The position numbers were made by a program, and so were the translations under genes. From assembly GCF_009914755.1 (NCBI RefSeq), contig NC_060926.1: DNA of 64,000 bases; one strand, written 5' to 3'. Under the pieces are notes generated by a model. The model was not told where the DNA came from. It saw only the letters and a program-made list of their open reading frames with translations, and searched no databases. Of the stretch, positions 62,911-64,000 are shown one piece after another. Source of the DNA: the human T2T-CHM13v2.0 reference genome, Homo sapiens. The first letter of the stretch is position 1, and each line of letters starts with the position of its first letter.

Positions 62911-64000
62911 TAAAGGAAGTTCTGAAGATTGAATTGTCTCACAATGGAAAGGTGTAATGAATAACATATCTAGAAACAAGACTCATTAAACAGAATTTTG
63001 TAATGGAGGTCATTTACTCGTCTTACTGTTTCTGATCTTAAAATCTTTACTCAGGGTATAATACCTCTTATAAAATATCTTTCTATACTCTCTGCAACTC
63101 CACGAAGAAACACGTGTTCCTATAACTTGTGGTTTTTTGAAGACAAAAAAAAGGGAGTTAAGATGACTATACTGTAAGTATATATTTCTTTTTTTTTTTT
63201 TTTGAAGGACATGTAATGGGACCTAGGGTTATCTCCTTCACCATCCATGTGGCTTTAGAAATGTTCTGTTCTGTTTCCTACTCTTCTTCCATGTTTTGAG
63301 GTGCTTATATGTCTCCTGTGTCTTATTCCATGTGATCTGTACCATGATGTCCACCTCCAGGTTCAAGACTCTTATTACTATCTACAGAGCAATGTTAGTC
63401 TTGCTTTTTTCTCTTATTAGCAATGTTTCAATGAATATTGTTGTGATATTTTCTGTGTCACACTATTTATGTTCCCAAGTCCCTTTAATCCAGACCCTTG
63501 CTGTTTAATCACTTCATGTTCAATATTGTGTGGACTACAAAACCATTTTATGAAGTGCAAAGCACTGAAAAGATGTTATCATGGCTGTTGCTGCCATTTT
63601 CTCATAAGCTCTACTCAACTTATCAGTTCAGATTTTTCATATCAGACACTGTGGGTGGAGGTTTCTAGTTGCCTTCACAATTCTAATTTTCTTCTTATTC
63701 CCTAATAACACAAACTTGACTTTTTTTTAGAGGTGCCAGCTTAAAAAATCATTGTTTTCCAGATTTTCTTAAGGCTTGGCGGTGGTGGCGGGTGGCGGGC
63801 GTGGTCAAATGAGTTATAAGCATAGAATATTGGGTAGAGCTTCTGGGAAATACCTTTAAATGTTGCTGATTTGGCTTGCCCTCCTCTTGCTCTTGCCTGG
63901 CTCATGGATGAGACTCCTGGAGCTCCAGCTACATTCTTGTGGCCTGGGAGATGGAGACATTCACTGAGGATTATGGAGTAGAAATACAGAAAGGTCCCAA

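Noticed and set aside
63778-63804. Short G-rich, CpG-containing stretch as a promoter or G-quadruplex
   Set aside because: Only ~27 bp with mostly GG runs, embedded in an old MLT1-like remnant, and no CpG island.

Overview
Primate (human-like) genomic DNA, AT-rich and dense in repeats. Almost all of it is intronic to a + strand gene that I recognise as THSD7B. Two coding exons are visible (16495-16624 and 19885-19988). They encode thrombospondin type-1 repeat sequence and are joined in frame only through a non-canonical GC-AG intron. The rest is a transposon landscape: a full-length ~6.03 kb L1PA2/3-type LINE-1 (ORF1 intact, ORF2 dead), a 4.2 kb truncated L1, a 5'-inverted L1, other L1 3' ends (all young L1s antisense to the gene), a THE1A provirus, a MER41A LTR, about 14 Alus/monomers, and MER20/MER44/MER91/Tigger3 DNA elements. 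I see no new multi-gene system. The best lead is the full-length L1: its antisense promoter and intact ORF0 point along the host gene, and its first donor has the same phase (1) as the host intron, predicting an in-frame ORF0-THSD7B fusion. Other leads are an identical nonsense mutation shared by two L1 copies 28 kb apart, a candidate 24-nt microexon in a CpG-retaining patch, and several informative insertion/repair scars. Family and subfamily calls come from recalled consensus sequences, not from a search.
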